A stretch of 64,000 bases of DNA, taken from positions 11,842,001 through 11,906,000 of the forward strand of contig CM102285.1 in NCBI GenBank assembly GCA_046563655.1, in the 5' to 3' direction. The translations under genes and the position numbers were made by a program. Numbering within the stretch: position 1 is the first letter of the stretch; each line of letters begins with the position of its first letter. Below the pieces are notes generated by a model, which saw nothing but the letters and a program-made list of their open reading frames with translations, ran no database searches and had not been told where the DNA came from. The stretch is from Yuukianura sp. NJ FZ-2021 (taxonomy: Eukaryota). Positions 1-11,171 of the stretch are shown here, one piece after another.

Positions 1-2160
1 GACGTTTTTCCGCCTTCTGCTCCTTTACGGCTTTCTTACGTTCCTAAACAATTTAAATTCATCAAATCCTGCTCTCTTTCAATTCCAAAACTATTTTCAA
101 ATCAAGCTGTAATAAAGTATGATTAATTTTACTCGTTTTTCATCGGCAGTCTCATTTCTTGGTCTGCCAGATTCTTTGAATTTGGATTCTTCTGCTTGGT
201 CGTCGCCATCACTTGAAGATGACGACTCGTCGTCTTCCGAACCATCGCCATTAGCGGTATGTTGACTGGCTTCACTGTTTACGCGCTGCTGTCCTTCCTG
301 TAAGAAACAAACGACTGTAAAAACTGAAACAAAATACACAGTTTTGGGAATGTAAGACGATCAAAAGCTTTTGTAAAAATGCTTACCCTAGTTTCCAATT
401 TCGTTGGAAGGGACGGCCCAGAGAGATCTGATTTCATGCCTAGTAGTGTTGTGTAGATTGGCTTTTCGTGGCCAGTCTTGGCCTTGTCGTAGTCTCGTTC
501 ATAATCTGCAACCTAGGAACGAAGTTAGAAATTTGTGTAGATCGAGTCAAACGAAAACGAATTAACAAATTAATCACTAAATGTTGTATTTTACCTCAAC
601 CATTTTCTTAGGAATGAATGATTGGCGAAAAACTTCTTCGGCAACGGTAGCGTCTTCGAAAGTTTTAGCTGTAGCCAAAATACTCTCCAACTGTGAAATG
701 TAGTTGGTGTCATCAACTGATGGGTTCGTGATCCATTCGAATATCTCTTTGAAATCACCCAGCATCACATGTCGTTTACCAAAGAAATCTAGAAATGAAT
801 CAGGAAAAATCTTAAAATCAAATAAAACTGTTACAGATGGAATCATTACCTTGAACGTTCTTTATATCCGAGCGTAGGAAGTCAAAGCTCCGAGGATGAT
901 CGTGCTCTACGGACTGCGATACGTCAATCACATACAAATCTTTGTAATCCTTCAAAATTAAGTTGAATTCAGAGAAATCGGCATGGACCAGTCGACAGTG
1001 CTTGTACAATCGATAAAGGATCAATAGAGCATCGCGATATAGTTTTGTAATAAGTTCGTGGACAGCTTCTCCATGTTGCTCAGATGCCATTTTCTGTTCA
1101 TCTTTGTTGTCATTTTCTGACTCCGACACGTTTAGCTTGTCAAACTTGACATCTTTGAGAAGCGGCGAAGGCCAACCCTGGTCTCCAATAAATTCCATCA
1201 GTAACACATGGGACTTCAAAAGCTTCGGTTCTGGGACGAGAATCGTTCCTGCTGCGTGGATACGAAGCAAATTTCGGTACTCCTTTTCCGCCCAAAGTCG
1301 CACTAATTTCCGGGGATTCTTTTTGCAATAGCCAGAACGAAAACGAAATTCACCCGAAACATACTTGTCTCTGGCCTTGAATGTCAATATGGATGTTTTG
1401 TAGATTTTGATCGCAAAGGCTGTATCGCCTGGTCCTGTAGCGTGGTACACGTTTGCTTCTTTGCCAGTAGAAATACACCCGTCGATTGAAAGCAGTTTTT
1501 CATTACTCAGTAGCTTGTACAAAATCATACGCGTTCTTGGATCCATGACTTGCTCGACAGTGGCACGATCTTGTTTATCCTTTACCTTAAGCCTATAACA
1601 ATAACGATAATCTAATCATCAAATATACCGAGATGCTTCGAAAGATTAGCAATATCTTGCCTGTTTGCAGTGGCTTTTTTGTTTGACGAAATGAGTCTGT
1701 TCACTGCTTCAGATTGTAAATGGCTACCTTCAAAGTTATCCACTGAAATTCTTCCACCAAACTTCTTAGACAGCTCTTCTGCAGTTGGATGACGTTGAAT
1801 CTGCATTTGACTATTTGGTCCAATTTTCATTTCATTGTAAAATTCAAAATCATCTTCGAAATCCGAATCTTCGTTTTCTTCATCTTCATCCGCCGGATTC
1901 TCTTCTGACACTTCTATCATCCTCTCCACCATCTTGTGCAGGTGATGATCAAATAACAAGTTATGGTTTCTGAAAGAGTCAAAGCTCAAGAATTAAATCC
2001 AACATCCGGCTTTCCGGCTCCACCAGTTCGCTTAATCTAATCTCAACCAAATCTATGCAATTAGTACAAGTAATTATGCCAGTTACCTTGCTGCTGGATC
2101 TTTGCCACACTCGTCATCTTCATCTGCATCGTCGAATTGACCAGGGTAAATGGTATCCAT
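1..2160 (-). CDS. RIOK1: Serine/threonine-protein kinase RIO1 (multi-exon; 3' end beyond window start)
   Basis: Exon 1 (2160-2087) [92 protein letters not shown]; acidic then Lys/Glu-rich C-terminus ([14 protein letters not shown]) at left edge. Confidence 0.96.
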
Positions 2161-2457
2161 GCTCAAATTAACCGTTTAATCAGACTAAAGCTATTAAATT
2201 ATAACATTCAATCAATTGGTTGTCAAAAAATAAGCTTTCGTACTTTAGTACTTTTACTTAAATTTAGTTTTCATTTTCATTCTCAATCAGATGTCAAAAA
2301 TTTCGCACGTGGTGTCGTGCTAAAAGCTATCACAGACTGCAGCCTTTATTTTTTGTAAACAACGAATGCACCGCTATGGGCAAATTTTGAATCATAAAGT
2401 TTATTTTTGTAATAAAATCTACCAAAATGACAATTTTACAAAAAGAACGATGTCATT

Positions 2458-4019
2458 TTAAGGCCGAGAAGGTTGACCCGGTTGCGGTTGAAAATTTTGC
2501 TGCTGTGGGGCATATTGCTGTGGATCTCCTGGTCGATGGTTCGGACTTGGTGGATAAAATGGCTGCGTTCCCAATGGGCGCCCACCCCCTGGTTGGCCTG
2601 GTTGACCTGAATTGAAGTGTGACGAGGAAGAGAAAGATGACGAATGCTGTGAAGAGGTCATGAACGGTCCTTGACCTCCCTGGTTTTGCGGTGCATTCGG
2701 AGGAACACCTTGTTGTTGAGGATTTGGTGCCGTTTGAGGGCCTGGTGGTTGTTGACCAATTTGACCAGGAACTCCAGGGAGAGGTTGCGGATTTTGGAAA
2801 GGAGGCGGATTTGCTTGCGACGGTGGTGTACCAGGCACTTGATTTGGTCTTGGTGGCATAGTCAGCGGCCCTCCTGGATTTATTTGACCTTGAGGTGGAC
2901 CATGATTCGGAGGAAACTGGTTTGGGTTGTTTGAAGGCTGCCCTTGTCCCGGCGGGTGCACAATTGGACCTGGCTGAGGTTGCTGGTGTGGATTTCCTAT
3001 TGGCGGTCGCTGACCGATTCCTCCTGGATTCTGATTAGGAGGGTACTGTTGACCTTGTCCAGGAGGAAATGGAGATGGATTTTGTCCAGGAGGAAATGGA
3101 GATGGATTTTGTCCAGGAGGAAATGGAGATGGGTTTTGCCCGGAAGGAAATGGAGTTGGATTTTGTCCAGGCGGAAATGGAGATGGGTTTTGCCCGGAAG
3201 GAAATGGAGTTGGATTTTGTCCAGGAGGAAATGGCGATGGATTTGGTCCAGGAGGAAATGGCGATGGATTTGGTCCAGGAGGAAATGGAGATGGATTTTG
3301 TGCAGGAGGAAACGGACTTTGATGTGGAATTGTCGGCCGGCCAGTATTAATGCTGTTGTTCCCCAGTGGCCTTGGTGTTGAAGTGCTCGAACTAAACGCT
3401 CCAGCATTAGAACTGTTCCCCGTTGGTACGTTGGTGTGATTTGGCTGATTATGTGCTTGGAGGTCATTTCCTGGACTTGGCCTTGGAGTACTAGTTGTCA
3501 AAGGGTTCACAACAGGAGGGGGTGGCAGAGTGACAGGCCTCGGTATGTCTAGCGTAAGAATAATCAATTGGTAATTGCCAACTTAATCAACATTGATTTA
3601 AAATTAAGCTTTGGAAGAGTCAAGTAAATTAACGATTAAGTACTTGGAAATTGCTCGGGCACAACAGTTTCCCAGACGTAACCAACAAAGCGTGACAATG
3701 GATCTGAAAATTAAGTTCAAATGAATTTAATCATCAAATTTCTAATTAACTAATTACAAAAGTAAACCAACTTCCAATTAACCCAAGGCAAAAATAATGT
3801 TAGGATTATAAATAGCGTCACTTTCTCCTGTGTCCTGGAAGCTGGTGAAAGCTGCCCAGCCCTGTATGACTTACCGTATGGGTTAAGGTAAATTCCAAAC
3901 AAACCGTTTCTGCCTTGTGAAGTGCCAATTTCAAATTTACAGTTGGAAATGTTTATCTCATTTAGAACAATCAAAACACCGACAACAAACGATAAACAAC
4001 TTGGAATTGGAGGTGTCAT
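2458..4019 (-). CDS. Secreted Pro/Gln/Gly-rich protein with 9-aa tandem repeats (3 coding exons, orphan)
   Basis: ATG 4019 MTPPIPSCLSFVVGVLIVL (signal-like); GT-AG joins give ...YLNPY/DPLSRFVGYVWETVVPEQFP/NIPRPVTLPPPP into the 369-aa ORF 2458-3567. Confidence 0.75.
3054..3312 (-). repeat. 27-bp coding tandem repeat (~9 units, PPGQNPSPF)
   Basis: Repeated ccaggaggaaatggagatggattttgt units on + strand; includes a 54-bp higher-order duplication (PPGQNPTPF-PSGQNPSPF x2). Confidence 0.95.
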
Positions 4020-4561
4020 CGTCCGTCCTTCTTGTATCGGTAATCGATTAATCAACTGATACAATTCTAGAGACAAAGCACCTCAAGGCGACAGTAAAAC
4101 GACTGAAACGCCCTCGTGCATATCCTGTTAGTCAGAGTCAAGGTAATTGTGTATTTTTTTTTTGCAAATTGTACTGTACTTCGCGAAAATCTCCAGGTGC
4201 TGGATCGAGCGATCAACGGAGTAGCCATATTTATACTGGATTCACGGTGCGACAGCTTTCAATAACATTTTATTGCAAGATCTGTATCCACATACGAATA
4301 GTAATTTTTGGAATTTGGAACCCTTCTTTATGACCCATTAACTTCTGGGAGTTAATAGCTGAGTACTGGGAGTTGCTGCGAACAACGACGAATCAATGAG
4401 ATGACAGGAATTTATAATTTCTTCATTTGGTGCAGTCATATGATGTTTGAGTCGTATATGCAGTGATGGTTATACTTTAACTGATGTTGATCCGTAAATT
4501 GAACAGCTTTCTTCTTTCTTGTTTTAATTTACAGGTTCTGTGATCATCCTTTCATCAAAAA

Positions 4562-5781
4562 ATGAAATCAGTCGAAAAATGGGAAGCGAAAGTATTGAAA
4601 GGAGTTTTGGTCAATGTCACTCCCCGTGGAGGTCACACAATGATCAACTACCAGAACAAGATCTACCTATTCGGTGGAGCCAAGAAAGACGATCACCTTA
4701 ACGACGTTTTCGAAGTGGACATGGAGTCTAGTACTGAGGCTGAAGGCACCATTGTTGCAAAAGTGATTCCAATCTCTACATTTCCAAATCTCTACGAATT
4801 TACATCTATCGTTAGTGGTCCTAAGCTTTGGATTTTTGGTGGGGCGGATAAGCTAGATTCCAAGAATGAAGTCTACGCATTCAATATTGAAGTTTTAGAA
4901 AACGAATGTGAGAAAATTGTTGCTGAGAACGCCCCTACGCCTCGAACGCAATACGCCAATAAATCTTTAGTAGGTCAGTGAACATACAGAATTGACAATT
5001 ATTGCTCGTTCAACTTTCACTTCTGGAAGTAACCATCATGGTTTTATTGTTTTTCAGAAATTGATGGTTCCAGTCACCTAGTTATTTTTGGAGGTGGGTC
5101 CAAACATGACAAGCCAGTAGATGATACAAGTTTACACCTCTTTAACTTGGCAACTTCAACATGGAGCAAGCCCCGTACGATAGGATCTTCCCCTTGTCCA
5201 AGACAAGGTCACATTTCAATATCAATTGGTCAAACGGTATGTAATTCTTCATTTGTTTGCTATGAACTCAATCATTCCTGAAAATTTTTTAGGTTTACAT
5301 CCACGGAGGCCTTGGTGTGGACGGCTTTTGCGACGACACTTTCTCGATAGATTTAGGTTCTAAATCGGATAAGAAATGGGTTGAAATTGAATGTCAAAGG
5401 AGGCCTTGTGCCAGAGCAGCACACAATGTAGCGTCTGTTGAAGATTCCTTTTATATCTTCGGAGGATTTGATTCGATGGGTAATGCATTGAACGATCTCT
5501 GGAAATTCGATACACGTAAGGAATTCTCATTACTAAAAAGTACATTTGCAAAGTTTCTAATATTTTTCTCTAAATATGCAGAGACGTTAACATGGACTCA
5601 AATCAAGTACACAGGAGAAGTATCTCCACGAGTGGACTTTGCAATGTGCACTACTGTTTCAGAGGGGAAAACAAATATTGTGATTCACGGTGGATTTAAT
5701 TCTGACGCCGAGTTTTATGACGACTTTATTCAATTCAGTCTTGTAGAAGATACTGCCGAGCCGGAGCCGACTGCTTGTTGA
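4562..5781 (+). CDS. Kelch-repeat beta-propeller protein, Rab9 effector p40 (RABEPK)/KLHDC-like
   Basis: Six kelch-type motifs across exons: PRGGHT..IYLFGG, LWIFGG, PRTQY..LVIFGG, PRQGH..VYIHGG, ARAAH..FYIFGG, PRVDF..IVIHGG. Confidence 0.8.
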
Positions 5782-7249
5782 CTATAACACAACTTAAATA
5801 TCCGTACCACTGTCTGTAAGGAGCGGTTAAAATATAATCAATTTTTTATATTTCTAATAATATTTACTACGATTGATGATTGTTTCTGAGGAACTTATCA
5901 GCACTTAAGCGTAGATGTAAGTACTAATTGAGAAACGAGTTACCTGAGATTGAATTTAATCTTGGCTAAGTTAGGCAGATCCAAATTCTGTTTGTAATAA
6001 ATCCAAATGAAGTTAATTCAAAAACTTTGGATTCATATTGATAATTCGCTTGAAAAACAATTGAGTTGGAAAATAATTTGGAACCAATTTTTAATTTCTA
6101 AGTTTAAAAAAAATGGAAAGCAATTGCGATTTTGAAAAGACTTGGTTTTTGTTTTTTGCAGTTGACCTTAACAGACATCAAACATGAAGAGGTGTTTTGG
6201 TTCTGCAATTTTATAATTTACACTTCGTAACCTCTTTTTCTTGTAAGAATTTAAGGTTAAGGAAATTCCAAAGCACAAAGAGTTGCAAAAAGTGACAATG
6301 ATCATTTCACCTTTGTGCGTATACTTTGTTCAATTTAATTTCACAAAGTTGCTCACCTTCAAGTGGTTTTTGTAAACCAGCCTCATTTTCCAATTTCCCG
6401 AAGTTTTTCTTATTCTGGGAATTTTTCGTGTACTAATCATTTACTGATATCCAGTTGTAAATAATTTGGAAATCTCAGGTGCTACTTTTAGCTTAATTTT
6501 TCATTTGTTACCTATGAATGACATATGAGGCGGAAAATCCCCAGTGTAAAGTTTGATACATAGTAGTAGCATTGAATGTACCTCGTCGCGGTTACGGAAA
6601 TCCAAGTTTAGTGAACTATCATTTCCAGAAATTGTGGCTGCGCTTTCAAAACGCTTAACGACTAAATCGGCGGATCAAACCGCTCAGTTTGGCTTTTCCT
6701 CGATGACAAACACCCATGGAATTCAAAATTTTCATTTCCAAACTAGCATTTTTCTAAAAAAAAAAAATCTTACCTGAATACGAAAATGCACAAGAGATTG
6801 AGAAATTAAATGACTTTAGTCTTCTGTGAAGACTAAAGTGAATCGAAATGCTGAAGGAGACTATTGATACGACTTTGTCGGTCTGTCTGTCGTATTTTTT
6901 AGGACCCCTTGCACTGAAACATAAAGCCCTTGCCCTATTCTGTTTTGTGGATTATGTACGGCTGGAGTCTTTTTGGTAGGTCCTTAAATCCGTAACTTAA
7001 CAACGTAAGGATTGTCCACTATTTTACGTACGCGTAGTACTACTGTGGTTAGACGCTGAAGTGAAATCGAAGCACAAATTCATAACGCAAATTCAACTTT
7101 ACTAATTTAGTCAATCACAAGAATTTAGGATTTAGAAATTGTTTAGAAGGAGAATTGAGTCAGAGGACAAAGAGAAACCGGATGTCGAAACATGAAGGGT
7201 GTTAAATTCATGTTGACGTCAAGATTTTGAAAAGTTCAAGTTGACAGTT

Positions 7250-8256
7250 TTAGTCAACAAAACAATCCAGAATTGATGGGAAATATCCGGAACCCGTGGG
7301 GTCAGATCCGCTTGTCAGCAATTGGATACCTTTGAATGATTGTAATCCAAAGTTTTGCGATTGAAAGTTTTCCCACAGTTCATGAGGATACGAAGTGATA
7401 TCCTAAAAGAAAGAGAGTTAATTAAAGTACTTTCTTATTATAAATTAATTTTGAATTATGAAATAACAGCTTTAAGACAGAAAAAAAAATTAAAACAATT
7501 TTATTGCCGCATAGCTCATACCGTTGACTCCTTGAACTTGGACGAAATTTTTGCTATCGTCATATGTGGGACATAAGCACGATCTTCGCCAGGAATGTTG
7601 AAAGATCTGATTTCTTCCTGCACTCTGTTTGCCAATTCAGTGATCCGCCTAACTGCATCGTTTTCTTTGATTTTGGCAAATAGAACCTAAGATTCAAAAT
7701 GAAAAGGAATGTTTATTCGTGTTTATTCATTATTTTTTTTACTCAGGATTTGGGTTTTTTTTTCTTTTTTAAAATCGAAATCAACAAACACCTCATCGTA
7801 AAAATCGCCCATGCCATCAAGGTGGACAGCAATTGGATCTTCTTTAAATGAGTCTTTGTAAGAATTCCATGCGCGAGTCACGGCCAATTTGGCACTGCAA
7901 AAATTTCGCAAAATACACTTCTATTTTAGTTCTCGATTTTGAAATATTTCACGTGATAAAAATTGGTTCGTTTGGACTAACCTTTCTACCTCTCCGGCGT
8001 CCTCCAATTTCATGACGTGCAATGAGACATGCATTGTGGACGGACGTTTCAATGTCGGTTTAAATACTGTTCCTTTGACCTTGACTTTTTTCGTTCCTTT
8101 CTTGACGGGTACATAAGTCTTGAGCATTTTTTTCTGGACCTCCTCAACATTCTGCAGAACCTGCAACCATATTCTCGTTGAAAACGACGCGACAGCGAAG
8201 TTGCTCGTTAAACTTACTTTGGCATCAGAAATTCTAAACGCCACGAAGTGATTCAT
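7250..8256 (-). CDS. AKAP7-like 2H phosphoesterase (2',5'-phosphodiesterase fold), 5 exons
   Basis: Spliced product MNHFVAFRISDAK/VLQNVEEVQ...STMHVSLHVMKL.../...GMGDFYDE/VLFAKI...YVPHMTIAKI.../...NFGLQSFKGIQLLTSGSDPTGSGYF...; two Hx(S/T) catalytic motifs; all introns GT-AG and phase-compatible. Confidence 0.8.
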
Positions 8257-9007
8257 GATATGGTCGGAGATTTCGAATTTTGACAATTTTCAAGCTTTGG
8301 CGAAACTATCAATTTGGAAAACGGAAACCCTGATTTTCAAAAATCACGCTCGGAGTTTTATTTGTGGGTTGATGTCAGAGTGCGCCGTTAGGAACATAGA
8401 GTTGTCACGGGGATTTTGCATGGTTTCTTTTTAACGAGAATGGACATTAGGCATTTTTTATTCAAAATATTCAGGGCGGATCAGATCGGATAAAAGCGCT
8501 TTCATCTCAAGTTTAAGCACGGTTTACACAAACGATATAATTTAAATTTTCATTTTTCAAAAAAAATTCATTACACTCAAAATATTTTTAGACAACGAAG
8601 CTTTGATGTGTACCTAATTCTGACAACTTCTTTAGTTTCTTAATTTGGGACTGAACAGAGGGGTCAATGTCGGCCTTAAATGTATGTTTATTAAACCGTG
8701 CGTCGCAGGTTTCAAATTTTGGTGTTTTTTCACATTTTTTGAGCAGAATTTTAGACGTATAACTTATGCACTTAATTTAATACATTGTGCATTTACACGA
8801 CCCGATTCAAGGGCATTCCAATTCTAACAAATTATTCGTCGTAACAATTTTAAAGCATAATAAATCCAGTGATAAAATACTATTTTTATTTAGTAAAAAC
8901 ATGGATAAGTTCAAAAACAATTTTAAAGCAAGTAAAAACTGTTATGAACTGAATTTCAACAACATTATTTTGATGAAGTTATTTTAACGCTGTTTTTTGC
9001 TACTATA

Positions 9008-9228
9008 CAGTGAGGGGCACGAAAACCTGCACACCCAAAATTTGTTTCCATGGTAGCAACTAAAAGTGTGGAGGCGAAAACGTAACTTTTTGTTTGAAAA
9101 CTTCGAATTTGAAATTTGATGCAAACCTTTCAGTTTGGGTTTTCTCGTGAAACCATTTTCCCCCCACAATTTAGCAAAATAAACAAAAACGTATTTTTGG
9201 TGTGTGCAGGTTTTCGTGCCTCTCACAT
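9008..9228. mobile_element. MITE-like element with ~30-bp terminal inverted repeats (Tc1/mariner-like left end)
   Basis: ta|cagtgaggggcacgaaaacctgcacacccaaaa at 9006-9040 vs ttttggtgtgtgcaggttttcgtgcctctcac at ~9195-9226; right terminus degenerate. Confidence 0.6.
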
Positions 9229-11171
9229 AATGCATCGTCTGTAGTTAGTTTGCGACAGGTCAGCCCAGTCTTTGAGTCACTATAAATTGTCAACTCTCTT
9301 TAGAAAACCTGTGCTTAACCCTTGAGCACTGTCCCACCTTGTTTATTTAATTTCACAAATTAAAAGTTGAATTCCACGTGTGGAATTGAGGTTTTGATGT
9401 TTGTACTAAATATTTTTTATCACAACTATATTTTTAATTTGTGGTTAATGAAAATTTTGAAACGGAGTGGTTGATTTTGTGTATTTGAATCAAAAGTTAT
9501 TAAAAACTGCGTCATTCCTCCCCCTTAATTTTAACACCCAAGCCTCTAAAACTTTACTAAATCACAGTTTTATATTTACTAAACATAAAGTATATAGCAA
9601 ATATGTATATAAAGAGGCTTGAGTGTGCCGTACCACTTAAATTAAGATTCACTTTCCTTCTATTGTAAAAGACTGATGACGCTAACACTACGAGTTACTT
9701 TGGGACGATGAATTTTACCATAGGAATATGGCATGGTTTAGCAGAGCTCTTAAGATTACTCGGCTATCTCTTCCCTTAAGTACAAGTTCCTATCGTTCCT
9801 ATTAAGACATACTTTGGTTTTCAGTTGAGGTTGGCTGTATCTTGACTAAAGTAGTTTCGTCCTTCACTACTAACTTTTGTTATTCTTAGAAGGTTTGAAA
9901 AAGAAGCCATAGCCATAGTGTGGTCAGTTTTTGCCAGTTCAGGATTCATCTTTCAAGCTCCTTTCAGTGACTAATCAAATTCAACATTGAGCAAAAAGAA
10001 GTCCAAAAAACTTGGATTTTAGTTTATAAAACTTTCTCATCGTTGCATCCTCAAAAAGAAAACAACTTGAAACACAACAATAAGATTTTTAGTGTTGGAA
10101 TTGTGTTGTTGAATTCCCCTGGGGGGCTTGGAAGTTGCCTTGCCCAAAGCACTTTGGGACTAAAAAGCTCTCTATTGCCAGAGTCCATTTGCCTTCAAAC
10201 ATACCATTAATCATGAAATCTTACCCTGGTGACACATAACCGTGAGTGTCCTGGACCCGTTGTAGGCGTCATCATCTTCAATAGCCTAAAATTATTCAAT
10301 TCTGGGACCAAAGTGCAGTTTTTCAGTTTTTTGTTTAGTTTAAACTCGCATTTCCCAAAAAGTATGGTGTTTTTATGTTTTAAGAGACATTTCCTTTTCT
10401 GAAAGTGCCTAATTTGCAAGTGTTTTGAGAAGATACTGCAGAAAGGAAATCCGTTTACTGATTCTACGTGCTCATCCTTTTGTTGTTCATTTCGAAATCG
10501 GTTTTTGTAGTTTGTGTAAATTTGAAATTTGATATTCAACTGTGATAAGTGGAATCGTCAGAAACCTCATTTCAATTTTTGAGGTCAACCGACGATCTTC
10601 AAAGTGTTTGTTTTCTTACGGAAACGTTTTCAACATTTTTAAACTCAAAACCAACTTCCTGGTGGGTTTAAAACTGCATGTCGTCATTTCTTCCTCATTT
10701 TTGAGAATTTGCGCTTCAACTGGAGTTGTTTGCAGTGTCAAGAGTTGAAAAGTTCAAAAAATACACCACAAAAGGATTCTGGAAGCGTCACGCAACTTTG
10801 TCCTTCACTACTAATGTTGTTGCCTTATTATTATACTTGAACAATAGCCTAGTAGCTCCCGGCAGTTTCTGCAATCTACATAATTTAAATCAAAAGTTTG
10901 CAAAAAACGTCAGCCGATTAGTCCTGCTAACCAGAAACGTGCAAAATCTGGATCGTGATTCAGAACGCAAATGAATGCGGTGGAATGGAGAGGTAGTTCT
11001 TGGAAATCCTGGAATCATTCGTCAGATTGTGCAGTGTTGTGGTGATTCCGTTTTCAAATGGAAGTTTTTCTAAGTTTTCCCAATTGAGGTCAGTGTTGTT
11101 TGAATTTTGAGGTCAACGCTCTCCTGTTCTTCCGAGGTCAGTTCCATATTGAGAGAGAGAAAGTGACCAGT

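Noticed and set aside
3054..3312. Regular short repeats resembling a CRISPR array
   Set aside because: No unique spacers, in-frame coding repeat, eukaryotic context, no cas genes
2671..3467. ORFs with periodic peptides (RRKWRWILS, EEMEMDFVQ, HFLLDKIHL)
   Set aside because: Antisense or alternate-frame shadows of the 27-bp coding repeat
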